A program made the position numbers and the translations under genes. The notes under the pieces were generated by a model. The model saw only the letters and a program-made list of their open reading frames with translations, was not told where the DNA came from and made no database searches. From the NCBI GenBank assembly GCA_030295235.1, contig AP026126.1, positions 1,116,001 through 1,180,000 on the forward strand: 64,000 nt of DNA, written 5' to 3'. Source of the DNA: Fistulifera solaris. Its lineage: Eukaryota. Of the stretch, positions 35,710-47,329 are shown piece after piece (the stretch's first letter is position 1; each line of letters begins with the position of its first letter).

Positions 35710-36849
35710 TCTTAGCCGTCGGAGCAGGCCGTAGGACAGAGCCAGAAAGAATTTTTGTTTCCCTTTGAACAAAGACTTTCTTTTAACACTTCGTAATTAC
35801 TCCGTAGTACTTGTAGACTGCAAACCTTCATCAGCTTCCGTTTTCCGTGTTCCGTTTGATCGTTCAATAACGTTGGGTCCATCATTTCTAATACAAAAAG
35901 TAGGAAAATGGTGAAAGTCCCGGAGTATGGACGAGATGATTATTTGGTCACGAACTCGAAAGTGGCTCTAGAGTCTGTCCGTGCGTCCTCTGCGACTTTT
36001 CACAACTCTTTGCGACCTAAGACAAACTGTGAGTACCGATCCCAAACAACATCTACTTTCAAGCAATAAAGCGGAGCACTCTCTACTTTGTGTGAATTGT
36101 GATCAAACCGTGTTCTTGGGCCCAAAATGCCCATAGATAGCCCATGAAAACGATTGTTGGCCCATTTCTACGCCACTTCATTTCAATCGATGACCTTTAC
36201 ATGTTTATCTTTTAGTTTTCTTCACTTTTTACATCAGTACTCTAAGAATACAAAGCAAAGAGAGAGCAGAAAACTACACGAAAGACGCCTGAAATTCTTT
36301 CCAAACTACAAATTTTTTCATCCTTTTTCTTCAGTTGCGTCGATAGAAAGCAATGACGCACAATGCAATCCACTTCGTTCTTGAAATTGGTAGTATTTCG
36401 GTTCAACCATTTGAGCATCACCGGCCAACAAATAGGTCGACTTTTAACCCCAAAGATGCAGTCTTAGTTGCAGTTGACTTATGGTAGTCTTTCGTTTTGA
36501 GGTCTTGGCCGCCTGTCTTACGAGTGACGTCTTTAACTTTATACAACCCATGACTTGCAGTGAATGTGGAGATATGTGCATTTGCGTGGGTCACGAAATT
36601 CGTGTGCGCAATGTCTGTTACTTGTTACATTCACGGTCTGCTTTACTCCGATGATTCGATTTTCCTCAAGGATCGAAGCTGGATGACAGCTTTTCATTTG
36701 ATGGTTCTTTATCGGAACAAATATAACTTAACTTCAAGATCCAGTTGAGAGTGGAGGTAAGAATCAGACCTGAACGAGAGGTAAGCATAAAAACTACGAC
36801 GAGCGATATTCTACACGATGGCAGTCAGCAGTTCAAATTATATCGTCCT

Positions 36850-37536
36850 TGAGACCCTTGAGCCAAAATATAAATCCAATCCTAAGTTTCCCTGTAGTAC
36901 CTTTATCATCCTGTTGTTATGAGCCACTGGATCACCAATTGGAAAGCCACCATTCAGCATCGCCATATCGTGGATCATTAATGCGGCATCAATCAAATCC
37001 TGGGATACTTCGTCGTCTCCGGATCCCACTCCTTCAAAAAGCTTAACGATCAAAGGGTGACGTGGATTGATTTCGAAAAGTTTGGGGTTGTCTATCCACT
37101 TTCATCCACACCATGTTGATATGCTTGGGCTCTTTGAAAGCGTCGTTGGCAAAATCCGTGCTGGAAACAACCGCTAGATTTTGACCAAGGCTACGCTTGG
37201 CAACTTGGCCACGTACGACCGAACCCTGATACAACATTCGAAGCCATTCGATAAGCGGCTTAAATTTCTTTCTGTGATCCTATTCTGCAACACGATCAGC
37301 GGACGCATCTTGTAACTTGACGCCGTCACTATACAAGTGCATAAACTTGTTGTTCTTATAATCAACAAATTTCTTTATGAGATACTCGTCAATGACATCC
37401 GTCAAAAACAAAGCTTTGACGACATTTTTCTCAGGTTTCTCTAGGATCGAAGTCTTTATTATCTCTTCTTCTTCCAATTTTCATGTTCTCCAAGACGGTC
37501 TACTTATCTAGAGAAACAAAAGTGTCTTCCGACTTC
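36850..37536 (-). pseudogene. Decayed partial copy of the 3' part of GRP94 (corresponding to ~48953-49680)
   Basis: Broken ORFs share LFLTD.IDEYL.K..VDYKNNKFMHL, QVAKRSLGQ and IVKLFEGVGSGDDEVSQDLIDAALMIHDMAMLNGGFPIGDPVAHNNR with the intact gene. There are substitutions, deletions and frameshifts, and no 5' part. Confidence 0.92.
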
Positions 37537-37638
37537 GCAGCTTTTAGGCTTATCGATGAATCGTTACTTACCATCCCATTGCCTTCTTAGGGGCTAGAAC
37601 CTAAAGTTTGCTGTCGAATAGAAAAAATGCGAATAACG

Positions 37639-38253
37639 TTAAGCTGGATTGATCATCAATCCACCCGGCCGTCGACCACCGACACCTGCAGGGAATGGTC
37701 CTCTAACATCTGGATCTATTCCTTGATATTCCATTGTTTCACGGTCTCCGTTAAAGTCGGGAGCTTTCTTGTCTTTTTGAAACAGTAGCTCACCGGTGAT
37801 GTCATCGTACACATTCTCATAATCCAGCAATTCGTCCATATCCTCGACACGGACTTCCATTATTTCGGGCATGCAAGCGTTCAACCACATGGCCGCACGA
37901 CCTAGCACTGTCTCTCTGCGATGCCAAAAACGCCCCGATAGACTCAAGATTACCTCCGGGCCATCGATATCCTCAAAGGCAATACTTCCCGTAATGCCGA
38001 CCGATGCCGGCCTGTCATGAACACCAAACATTTGTTTGCCATAATCGGACTCAACAAATAAGTCCAACATTTCTCGGACGTTTTCTTCGGATAATTCTCG
38101 TGTCGGTACGACGGCATCGCTACGCCAATCATCGTAAATATTGGCAGAAGCAACCAACGATCGTTGAAAGCAAGTAGTGACGACGAATGAATGCAGTTGT
38201 CGAGGATAGCAACAGAGATACACGAAAATGAAGCGCCTTGACCAGCTCGTCAT
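37639..38253 (-). CDS. Putative plastid-targeted protein with a degenerate NifU-C (NFU)-like domain lacking CxxC
   Basis: Signal peptide ending LHS-F. GSIAFEDIDGPEVILSLSG-RFWH...MPEIMEV follows the NFU consensus except at the CxxC position. Confidence 0.7.
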   Translation of the reverse strand: MTSWSRRFIFVYLCCYPRQLHSFVVTTCFQRSLVASANIYDDWRSDAVVPTRELSEENVREMLDLFVESDYGKQMFGVHDRPASVGITGSIAFEDIDGPEVILSLSGRFWHRRETVLGRAAMWLNACMPEIMEVRVEDMDELLDYENVYDDITGELLFQKDKKAPDFNGDRETMEYQGIDPDVRGPFPAGVGGRRPGGLMINPA

Positions 38254-38619
38254 TATAATGCGTTCCTCAATCTACTTCTCTACGGTCCGTGTGAAGCTAG
38301 ACCTTCGACAGAGGCAATGATTGAATATCAATGCGGCGTGGTACTGTTGTCCTTTCATGCTGTCTGCTGTCGTGAAAGGAGGCTTACTCCGTTTGTTGAC
38401 GTCACAAAAATTAATGCTCTGCGCATCACCCGTCGCGCCACAAAAACTGCGCGAAACTTGGAAAAAATGAGACGACGATGAACGTAAAGACACTTTCTTT
38501 CGAAACTGGTGGCCATGGCAAATATCAGCCTAACTTTTGCTATTGCTTTCCGCCTTTCAACCGACATAGCAAGATCTTTATGAGAAAGCCTTTTGGGAAA
38601 TAAGAGTGGATACGACAAA

Positions 38620-39171
38620 ATGAGTAAAATGAATGTTTCCCCACAATCGACGATGTCTCAGAAACCGCCCAATATGCACATGGTCATCACCAATATCTCC
38701 AAAAGGAACAACATCCGATCACTCCTTCAGTCAGCGGCTTCTTTTGGTTGCGCGAGTGTTTTGGTGGTAGGACAAAAGATGTTTGATTTCAGTATAGACG
38801 GCAAGGATATGCCAGATTCGGTTGCGTCTCTCTTGACTTCGGGCCGTATGACGATTCAAACGTTTTCAAAATGGGAAGACTGTGTTAGTTATCTCCATCA
38901 AAAGAATATTCGTCTTGTTGGAGTGGAAATTCATGAAGACGCACAGCTGATCGAAAAGTTCTTTGACTATCAAGATACAGCGTTCCTCATGGGAAATGAA
39001 GGGCAAGGTATCTTGGAGAAGCATGTGAAGTCGTGCGATGCTTTTGTTCGAATACCACAATATGGCCAAGGTACGGCGAGTCTCAATGTTTATGTGGCCG
39101 CTAGCATTGTACTACATCGTTACCATCACTGGCAGCGTGCGGCGGCTACGAAGTGCTCACCTGGAGAGTAG
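38620..39171 (+). CDS. SpoU/TrmH-family RNA 2'-O-methyltransferase
   Basis: NISKRNNIRSLLQSAASFG, AFLMGNEGQGI and VRIPQYG.GTASLNVYVAASIVL are SPOUT motifs. Confidence 0.92.
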   Translation: MSKMNVSPQSTMSQKPPNMHMVITNISKRNNIRSLLQSAASFGCASVLVVGQKMFDFSIDGKDMPDSVASLLTSGRMTIQTFSKWEDCVSYLHQKNIRLVGVEIHEDAQLIEKFFDYQDTAFLMGNEGQGILEKHVKSCDAFVRIPQYGQGTASLNVYVAASIVLHRYHHWQRAAATKCSPGE

Positions 39172-39430
39172 ATCGAGTTCAATCTGGCCTGTTTCATGCC
39201 CTGCAAACGAAGACTAATCGTTCCGATCACAATATTTGAGAATCTAGTGAGACCGACTCTACTTGCAAGTCATGAATACCACTAGACAACTGACTCTATG
39301 CATATCGCATGAAATAATTATATGAAAGGACAAGTCATCGAAGAAACCATCACTAAGTGTAGCGTAAGTACAGCTGCCTAGTCTACCTGTTCCTAACATG
39401 AAATCTACCGAACGCAAACCTGACGAGTTC

Positions 39431-40076
39431 TTACAATTCTGCTTCACTTCGTACACGATTGCAGCTGTTGGCGCAGTGATGGAGCATGTACTTGGGATTA
39501 ATGTCACATTCGCCTTTGTCGATGCGAGAAAGCAATCAAATAGTTAGTAAGCACTATAACCGGAGATTATGCAGAAAGCTTTCCAACTTACCTCGTTGTG
39601 CCCTGTACGATGTTTAAATCATTAACAAAAGCACAAGTTAGAAAGATCATCACTCATCACTAATGCTAACCCGAGCGCCAGAACGTAATACGTACCATTC
39701 GAGGCACTTCGAGTGGTTGTCGGTCGCCAAGCATGCTGTCTGACAGTGCTGATGCATGTAACCTGGATTTGTCTGTTTGGATGTCATGAAATTATATACA
39801 AAACCATGGAAAATTCGTTAGTCCGCCTCTATGCATCATCACACACAAAATTTGAGTTATGTCGGACTCACTTCACATTCGCCTTGAATAGCCTGTTTCA
39901 TTCGAAGAATGCGAGCAATGAAGTGAGGTTATCGAACGAGGACGTCGCAAGCGACCAGGAATTTGAAATCGTACCCAAAGAACACACTTGGAATGATTGT
40001 CTTTTAGTAACTCCTTTTTGGCTTGGACAGCCGCTACGGCGAGCCAGAAGAAAAAAAACTTCTTGAGAGAGATCAT
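39431..40076 (-). CDS. Secreted 97-aa tandem ShKT-like peptide; exons 40076-39975, 39892-39872, 39772-39696, 39602-39592 and 39513-39431
   Basis: Four canonical GT-AG introns give MISLKKFFFFWLAVAAVQA-KKELLKDNHSKCVLWAIQGECETNPGYMHQHCQTACLATDNHSKCLEWAQRGECDINPKYMLHHCANSCNRVRSEAEL, with two D...C..WA..GEC..NP.YM...C..xC units. Confidence 0.9.
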
Positions 40077-40564
40077 GGGTAGGGAGTGTTAAGGAGGTTG
40101 CTTTGATCCTTTTGTCAAGATCCTTACCAGTATCGAATGAATTGTTTGACTTCCTGTTATTGTGATGACCGCGAAAAGTTCATGAAAATTTTAAAAGACC
40201 GTCAAATAAATGTGCACTTACTTCTTTCGAGGGTAGATTGCAGCGTGTCCATACCGGTTTCTTTTAGCATAACATAAAACGTAACATTTTTTCATGCTGT
40301 AGCCCAAATTACCGAGCCTCACCGGTAAAAAAATACTCCGGAGTAAGTAGCCGTTCTTACTACCGGTACGTCTGTGTGTCTGTGTTTACAAGCGGTGCAG
40401 TTTCAAGAAGTCTTCAGTCTTCAGTCGTTTGAAAATAACGCATTCGATCGCAGAGCATTGCGTCTTCAATCGAGGTATTTACTTTAAATCGCAATAGGCC
40501 ACACAGGTATAAATCAGCAAAATATCATTATTTTATTTTCCGTATTCTTTTTTCGACAATCAGC

Positions 40565-41038
40565 ATGGATCGAAGCGAGCAAGTTCCGGAGTCAACGGTA
40601 ATTAATTCCGAAAGCTCAGAAGCAGAACACTCTGCGGAGCAGAGGGTGGCTGATACTTCAAACGCCTCAGGAGAGAATCTTCTGGAAACAGAGTCAGACG
40701 ACGACGTAACTGTTATCATGTTAGACCAGACTGCGGAGAGTCAAGGTCACGGAGCGCTTGAGTGGATTGAGCAGACTGGCCCGGAAATGGAAGAACGCCG
40801 CCGCAACGTATTGCTCCGCGAACTGCGTCGCGTCCAGAGAGCTAGCTTTCTACATTTCGCTCTATTGTGCCTAATTCCCACCGCACTCTTACTTATTGTT
40901 GTCGCCACGGTTATTGGAGACGAAGAAGAATGCAGTTCGGATGCCACTTTCTGCGAACTTGAACCGCGCACCTTTATTAATGCGTTTACAACGCGCTGTG
41001 TATGCGATCCGATCCCCGTGTCTCGAGTTTCGAACTAA
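40565..41038 (+). CDS. Hypothetical single-pass membrane protein with an acidic N-terminus and Cys-rich C-terminus
   Basis: 157-aa ATG ORF with the TM helix FLHFALLCLIPTALLLIVVATVI, followed by four Cys. Confidence 0.75.
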   Translation: MDRSEQVPESTVINSESSEAEHSAEQRVADTSNASGENLLETESDDDVTVIMLDQTAESQGHGALEWIEQTGPEMEERRRNVLLRELRRVQRASFLHFALLCLIPTALLLIVVATVIGDEEECSSDATFCELEPRTFINAFTTRCVCDPIPVSRVSN

Positions 41039-41250
41039 TGACTTAACCCGTTCTTTTCATGATCACATATCACATGCCGCAAATCGGCGTCTGTCGTGCA
41101 TTGCAAGTCATTGTCATTGCGGACGTATAGCCGTCGGTTTGCATTAATGCCTTTACATTTTTATGTTTTATGATAATCCACAGTAAATATAAATAGCCTC
41201 AAAGCGCTTTACATTCAAATATATACAGACAAATGGGCTTTCTTAGATTG

Positions 41251-42246
41251 TCACCTCCTGGCCGGGGTTATGACCAGTGTTATTTGGAGACAAGGTGCTT
41301 GACCTCCCTCGGTTTGGAAAGTGTTCACCACCAGCCTCACGTTGAGGCTGCTTTCTCCAAACACGCAAGTCGTGAACATATCAGCAGATATGGCTTGTCG
41401 GGGAATTACTGAATTAGTCTGGCAAACTCTAGCTTCCTTGAGAATGGAATGTGTCTCATCACACAGACAACCTGTTGATTTCTTCCACTCGCCTTGTATT
41501 CCGTTGTCGAACCTCTCAAAAGGTGTTAGCCTGAGTGATATATGAGCTTCACCAGTGCGTTCCGAGTTTGTAGGGAAATCAAGACTTCGAAGCTTGCAGC
41601 ATGTAATCGTCACTAGGTATGGATGATTCGACTCGGGTGAAACCGAGCCGCTCAGAAGATCAACCGCGCGAATCTCAATAATGGGTTCTACTGAAACCTG
41701 AATGCAATCTTTGATATCATGATAGGCGACAGGACCGATCCCGATTTTAAATACTAACTCCGATGCCCGTACAGGGGACACTGAACAAGTAGTATTGCCG
41801 TGCTCTCCAACAGCAGAAACAAGGCTGTTAAGTTTCTGGTCCATGCAGTTGACATCCTCCCTAAACAGAACGTTTTCAATATTTTCAATAAATTGTTCTG
41901 TACAGTCTAATGCAAGGGATGTCTGGAGCTCATCGTAGCATTCTGTGGCAAGGTTCTCAACCAATGTCGCAGTTTGACGAAGCATTGATGGCAGAGCAAT
42001 AAGGATAGCAGATCGACAAGCTCTTTGTGTATGTGAGCTGGCGAATTCGATCGGTAACAAGGAGCGAGCCAGGTGATTTGCCCGCCGAAAACAATCCTCG
42101 TATCGTGATAGGCACTTGGAGACATGTTTGTTCGCATTGGCTTTCAGTTTAGGAATCTCGATTACGCGGCTGTTGTGGCCCACATCATTCAACACAATCC
42201 GATCAATTACCTCAGGAGAAGGCGGCTGTGATTCCAGGGGTGGCAT
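41251..42246 (-). CDS. Hypothetical protein (331 aa)
   Basis: Long ATG-initiated ORF; no domain recognised. Confidence 0.65.
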   Translation of the reverse strand: MPPLESQPPSPEVIDRIVLNDVGHNSRVIEIPKLKANANKHVSKCLSRYEDCFRRANHLARSLLPIEFASSHTQRACRSAILIALPSMLRQTATLVENLATECYDELQTSLALDCTEQFIENIENVLFREDVNCMDQKLNSLVSAVGEHGNTTCSVSPVRASELVFKIGIGPVAYHDIKDCIQVSVEPIIEIRAVDLLSGSVSPESNHPYLVTITCCKLRSLDFPTNSERTGEAHISLRLTPFERFDNGIQGEWKKSTGCLCDETHSILKEARVCQTNSVIPRQAISADMFTTCVFGESSLNVRLVVNTFQTEGGQAPCLQITLVITPARR

Positions 42247-43175
42247 ATTGAATAATGTTTACAAGTTTAATGAAGTTCAAGATGGGCAAAGTCTATTTTT
42301 ATGAAGGAAAGATATTTCAAGGGTGGGAATTGAAAGGTGAGAGTTCAGGGAGCGGGGAGCGGAGTGTCCATCAAGTTGACAAATGTCTGTCGTTACGTCT
42401 ACTTTAGACTCTACACTACAGAGTTTGGGGGAGTCAAATAATCCGTTTTGCGTTTTGCACTTAAAAAGGATTTTCCCTTTCGCGGCATCTCTCTTTGAAT
42501 ACTACGGAGTATACCGGCAAACGGCAAAGTGCCTAACCGGTACCGGTACCGGTACCTGGTAGCTGGTACTACGTACCAAGCTGAGAATGGATCGGAGAAA
42601 CTAATGAACACCGACGACTCCTCCTCAGGACTCTTTACTCGTGACTGGGGTCTAAAGTCGTTATTCGAGCAGATTGAAGTATTTTCGGTGGCCAACTTGA
42701 CAAATGATCATATTGCTATTGTTTCTCAAAATAATACTTTCATGCTGATGGGGTATAAAATCTTATTTAGGCTTTCAGTCAGAGTCCCGGTTAAATCCGC
42801 ACTTTTTACAGGTTCTTGCGGTGCTCTCCAAGGCGTTGCAAGAACGGATGCCCTTCATGAGGATGCGATACTTGTACGTGGGAGATAATGGTAATATAAT
42901 TATTAGCTCGGCGTTGTTTAGACAATTATTTTCAACCGAAAAGTTGCCAACACAACACGAAGATTGGTTTCCTTGTCGCTGCGTTACCAAGTCAATATAA
43001 AAGTGTAGAAGGCACCCTCGCTGTTTTTCGTCTTCGTCAGCCGTCAGCAACGCGTTGACACTTCAGAATGACAACCAAACAACAGAATGCTAAAGGGCCA
43101 TTGTGCGATAAGACGACGCATTCGTAACCAAAAAAAAGAGACTACAACGTAGAAACTACCATCACTATCCAAATC

Positions 43176-43556
43176 ATGAAATCGGTCGCCAGCAAGCTCT
43201 CCATCCTCATTGCCATTATGGCTTTTGTTGCGCCAGCCATGGCATTTACCAGACAGTCGGATGTTCGTACCTTTGCTCGCCAAGCGACTTTAGCTAAGAT
43301 GAGTTTTCTACCGGAACCGGAACGGGAAAAACTGACCCGCGAATCGGAACCAGAGGAATTTTTCAAGACGTAAGTTCATGCTTCGAAATCTTGTTATATC
43401 TTTCTTGAGAAATTAACGCGAATCTCAACAATTCGTTTCATCAGTAACACGGACAAGATGTCTGACAAAGACAAGATTCCGATCGCTATCGCTGGAGTGG
43501 CATTTATTACCATACCTTTCATTGCAGGGTTGATTGCGCTCTACGCTGCAAAATAA
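43176..43556 (+). CDS. Small plastid-targeted protein with a C-terminal membrane helix; intron 43370-43444
   Basis: Signal peptide ending AMA-F and an Arg/Thr-rich transit peptide. The spliced C-terminus is KLTRESEPEEFFKT-NTDKMSDKDKIPIAIAGVAFITIPFIAGLIALYAAK. Confidence 0.82.
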
Positions 43557-44123
43557 AGGAGCATTCTCGTCTTCGTCACTCATCACTATCTCTATACCTG
43601 GTACGGCCGGTCCTTTGGGCTTGATACTGTTAAATTGCTAATAAATGCTTCTTTCAGCTAGCAACCAGCAACGCTTATGGGGAAATTGTATTGCGAATCT
43701 CGGTAACATTAATGGGCACTTTCGACAAGTGCCCAATATGGCCATCCATCGTCTACATATTGTTGCAAATTTCGTATCATCCGTGATCTTGTTTTTCAAT
43801 ACAAGGTGTGCAACTCAAGTTCAATGCGCAGGTAATGACCACTGCAGCTCCCTCTGGTACGCTCTTCTCGATTTGATGCTCTTCTTATTCAGTTTACGAC
43901 GCAGATCCTTATTATCGTAGTGATGGGCCAAATTTACTATTATTTTGCCGAAGTAAAGGCGGAACTTCACCGTGACTGGGTTTTAGTTGTAGTCACGAGA
44001 CGTGCTTCGTTTTCATCGCATTTGCCATTCAAACTTGTACGTCGCAAATTTTTGTTGTGGGGATAATCTAGCACGCTTACTTTACGCTTTTTTTCTAATT
44101 TGAAGACAGCAAACGATTTTGAC

Positions 44124-45829
44124 ATGAGTGAGGAAACGATACGGGAAGAATTGATCGAACCGGCCTGTTCACAAAGAATGACAGTCGATTGGGGTTTCAT
44201 TCTTCAGGAATGTCGTCATCAGCGAATACAATTGGAAAAGAGTAGTAGAACGAAGGAAGATTGGGCCTCGTTCCTGAATCTATTCTATCATTACAGCACA
44301 CAAATCTCGAACCAATTTTCAGTATACTGTCAGCGCTTATTTACAAAGAAAGGTTCTTCGAACGGCGATGGAAAGGAAGTGATTCGGGACACAAGAAACG
44401 CTCTGCGCATCGCGGTTTCATTCCTTTCCATTCCTGAAGCAGGCTCTCGAGAGGTTATTCAAGATTATTCTATAGAAATTTGGACGGAACGCGTGCTTGA
44501 AATTCTTTCGTCGCAAAGAGGCGATGCAAAATGCCGTTTTTTGCTGCTCAATTACTGAGTAATCTGGTAACCCAAAACGCGCGCACAGCTCTAAGAATCA
44601 ATTCACTCATATCCTTTGCGCCATCTCAAGCGCAAATATGTTCATCGCTACAGAACGTTGTTGTGTCGCTCGATGGAGACGATGTCGCCGAGAGTACGTG
44701 TCGCTCTTTCAATTGGGTAGACATGATGCTTTGTGCGTCGAAAAGTAACAATCGAGAGGCTCTTGCCGCTATCGTCGCCGCCTTGCATAACATGCTTACC
44801 TCGGGAGTGGAGCTTTCGACGAACTCTTTGTTGATGTCTACAATTCTTAGACAGCTAATTGCCGCAGATTCGATCAAAGGTCTAATTCAAGGAGAGAGTT
44901 CTGAGAATTTGGCGGATACGGCGACTGAGTGGATTGTTATACTGATCAGCAAGTACTGCAGGGAAGGGAAGCTACCGTCCTTGTACAGAGCAGTGTCCGG
45001 GGAGAACTTTGTCATAGAAACGTGTCTTCCTGAACAACTGGTCTTACTTCATTGTGTAAGGAGCATCGTCGACGACCCCATAGGCCAGACGACCGAACGA
45101 TATGGCAGATTGGGATCGAAAGTTGATGGGTCGGACAGTATAGCGACACACCTTTTTCTGTCGGAACTACTCGCCAGTCTACTGGCGAGAAGACTAGTTA
45201 CAAAGCAAGTCGGAATTTCACGTACGGAAGATATGACGCTGGTTAACTCGGCGTCGTCCGCGATCTTGTACATCCTTTCGGAAACACTCACCGCGGATTC
45301 GAAAGAAACGTCACAAATCCGGATGAGTATGGGTCAAAATACTGAATTGATACCAGTTGTGTGTAAAGCCCTTGGAGACGTGTACGATAGGATAACATTG
45401 AGGAATAGTGGACGCAACGTTAGGGAAACCTCAGTCGACTATGATGAACAAGCACAAATGGTCGGTCTAGTGCGGCTTTTGGGAAATTTGGCGTACGGGT
45501 GCAAAGTTAATCAGGATACGATTCGTCAGACTGCTGTCCCAGTACCAGGAAGCGTGTCAGGTGCTCGACATGGTGAAGAGAGAGGTGGACTTCACGTACT
45601 CTTATCGTGCACGGCCTATTCTCACGCATGCTTCACCTTACGGGAATGGGCAGTTGTTGCTATTCGTAATGTCTTGGAGAATAACCCTGCAAACCAAGAG
45701 TTGGTTGAGCAGCTCGAGGCCAAGCAGGGTGTCCAAAGTGCTGTCATGAAGGACATGGGATTCCAAATCAGTGTCGAGCCCAAAAGTGGGAAAGTGGAGT
45801 TAAGAACTTTGGACAAAATCAACGAGTAG
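44124..45829 (+). CDS. ATXN10: Ataxin-10 family ARM-repeat protein; frameshift in the T-run at 44537-44542
   Basis: C-terminal LVRLLGNLAY..KVNQD.IR...GGLHVLLSC...LREWAVVAIRNVLENNPANQELVEQLE, and QLLSNL near the N-terminus. Confidence 0.85.
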
Positions 45830-45908
45830 GCAATTTTGATGATCTCCACAAGCTGCACACTATTTCTGAAAGAATTCATATGATAGTGGCGAAGAGATAC
45901 TTTAATTA

Positions 45909-46906
45909 CTACTTTGTACTCTCTTCTTCCAAATCGCGCTGCAGGCGTCGGATGTCACTTCTGGCTATAGCCTGATTGCGGGCTTGTTGTTCATCAATTC
46001 TACTCTTCAAATCTTCTATATAGTCCAAAGCAAAGTCTTGCTCTGCCGCTTTCCTAACAGTAGTCCAAAACTCGTCCATTCCGTTTCCGGTCATGGCCGA
46101 AACACCGCAAGCATTCGCAAAGTGGAATAGAACTCGTCCAAAGCCATACTCAGACTTCTCGTGAGAGACCCGTAAAAGCCGGACGAGTCCGATACTTCGT
46201 CTAGTGCCTTTTGAAATGCTTCGTAGTCTCTCATCCACTCCAAACAAAACTCGTGAGAGACGACATCTGTTTTATTGAAAACGACCACCAACGGCAAACG
46301 TGTTCGATATAACATACTGCACGCGTATAGCATGTTGCTCATGAAGGTGTTGGGCGACGACGCACAACGCGCCGTATCAACAACGAAACAGAGAACGGTG
46401 GGAAACGCTGAAGCGAGTGATTCACTCATGATGGAACCGGACGCCGACCACGTGAATGCTTCAATCTGTCCCGGTGTGTCTATGATAATGTAGTCCATGG
46501 GCGGATTGGGAGTTTGCTCCGTCGTCGTTGTTTCTTGCTCGTCCGGATACGCTCTACGTTCCAGTATTCCCATAACTTGGTCGAACTTTGTTGTAAACAA
46601 GTTCAGTGAAGTCATAATTGCCCCATTTGGACCTAATTTGTGTTGTTTCATAACTTCCTTGTAATTGATGGTGTCACGAATGTCGATGGACGCTTCGTAC
46701 GGCAAACTCAACGTAGCTGGATCTAAATTCACACAATATGCCGACTGATCCAAATCTTCTTCCAACGATTCTTGTATTCGATTCACTAGTGAAGTCTTTC
46801 CGGAGCCGGCCATACCAACACAAATAATACAAATTGGATTCTTTTCTCGTGTCTGCAGTCGTTCGACGACCGGTGGTAAAGGCAGCGTTTTCGTTGTGCT
46901 TGTCAT
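45909..46906 (-). CDS. GPN1: GPN-loop GTPase 1 (XAB1/Npa3); frameshift ~46115
   Basis: GMAGSGKT, VNLDPA, LGPNGAIMTSLNLF, DTPGQIEAFTWSASG, TFMSNMLYACS and NKTD. The sequence continues GVSAMTGNG in the second frame. Confidence 0.95.
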
Positions 46907-47329
46907 GACTGTCTTGCTAAGTTTGAGTCCTTAGATGTTGGTTTTGGTTACGCAAGAGAAAAGGAAAACACTTGCGATGATGAGACACAAAAATAGATCA
47001 TGGTGAAAATCTTTGCGGATGAAAAAACAATGGTTGGAGTTAAAGTGGAGGGAGAATCTTCGGATGTCGCACTAGGATTCGTAGTCTAAGAATTCGCGTT
47101 GAAACATTTCCACGTGTCATTATGACCGCAGACGGTCGTACGAAGCCATCAAAGATCGTTGAGTACTGTTTACACCATACACGCAGTCGGGCGAAAAAAT
47201 AAGGCGAAAAAAACAAACAGGACAGATTTGCTTTTTCCTTTTTATTGTTCTTCCCATCATTTCTATTTGAGTTATTATATATCATAGCAAACCTGTTGTA
47301 AACCGAGTTCTCAACTTTTATATTGAAAC

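Noticed and set aside
36838..37477. Second functional Hsp90 gene
   Set aside because: Only C-terminal fragments are present, with internal deletions, multiple frame breaks and no ATPase domain.
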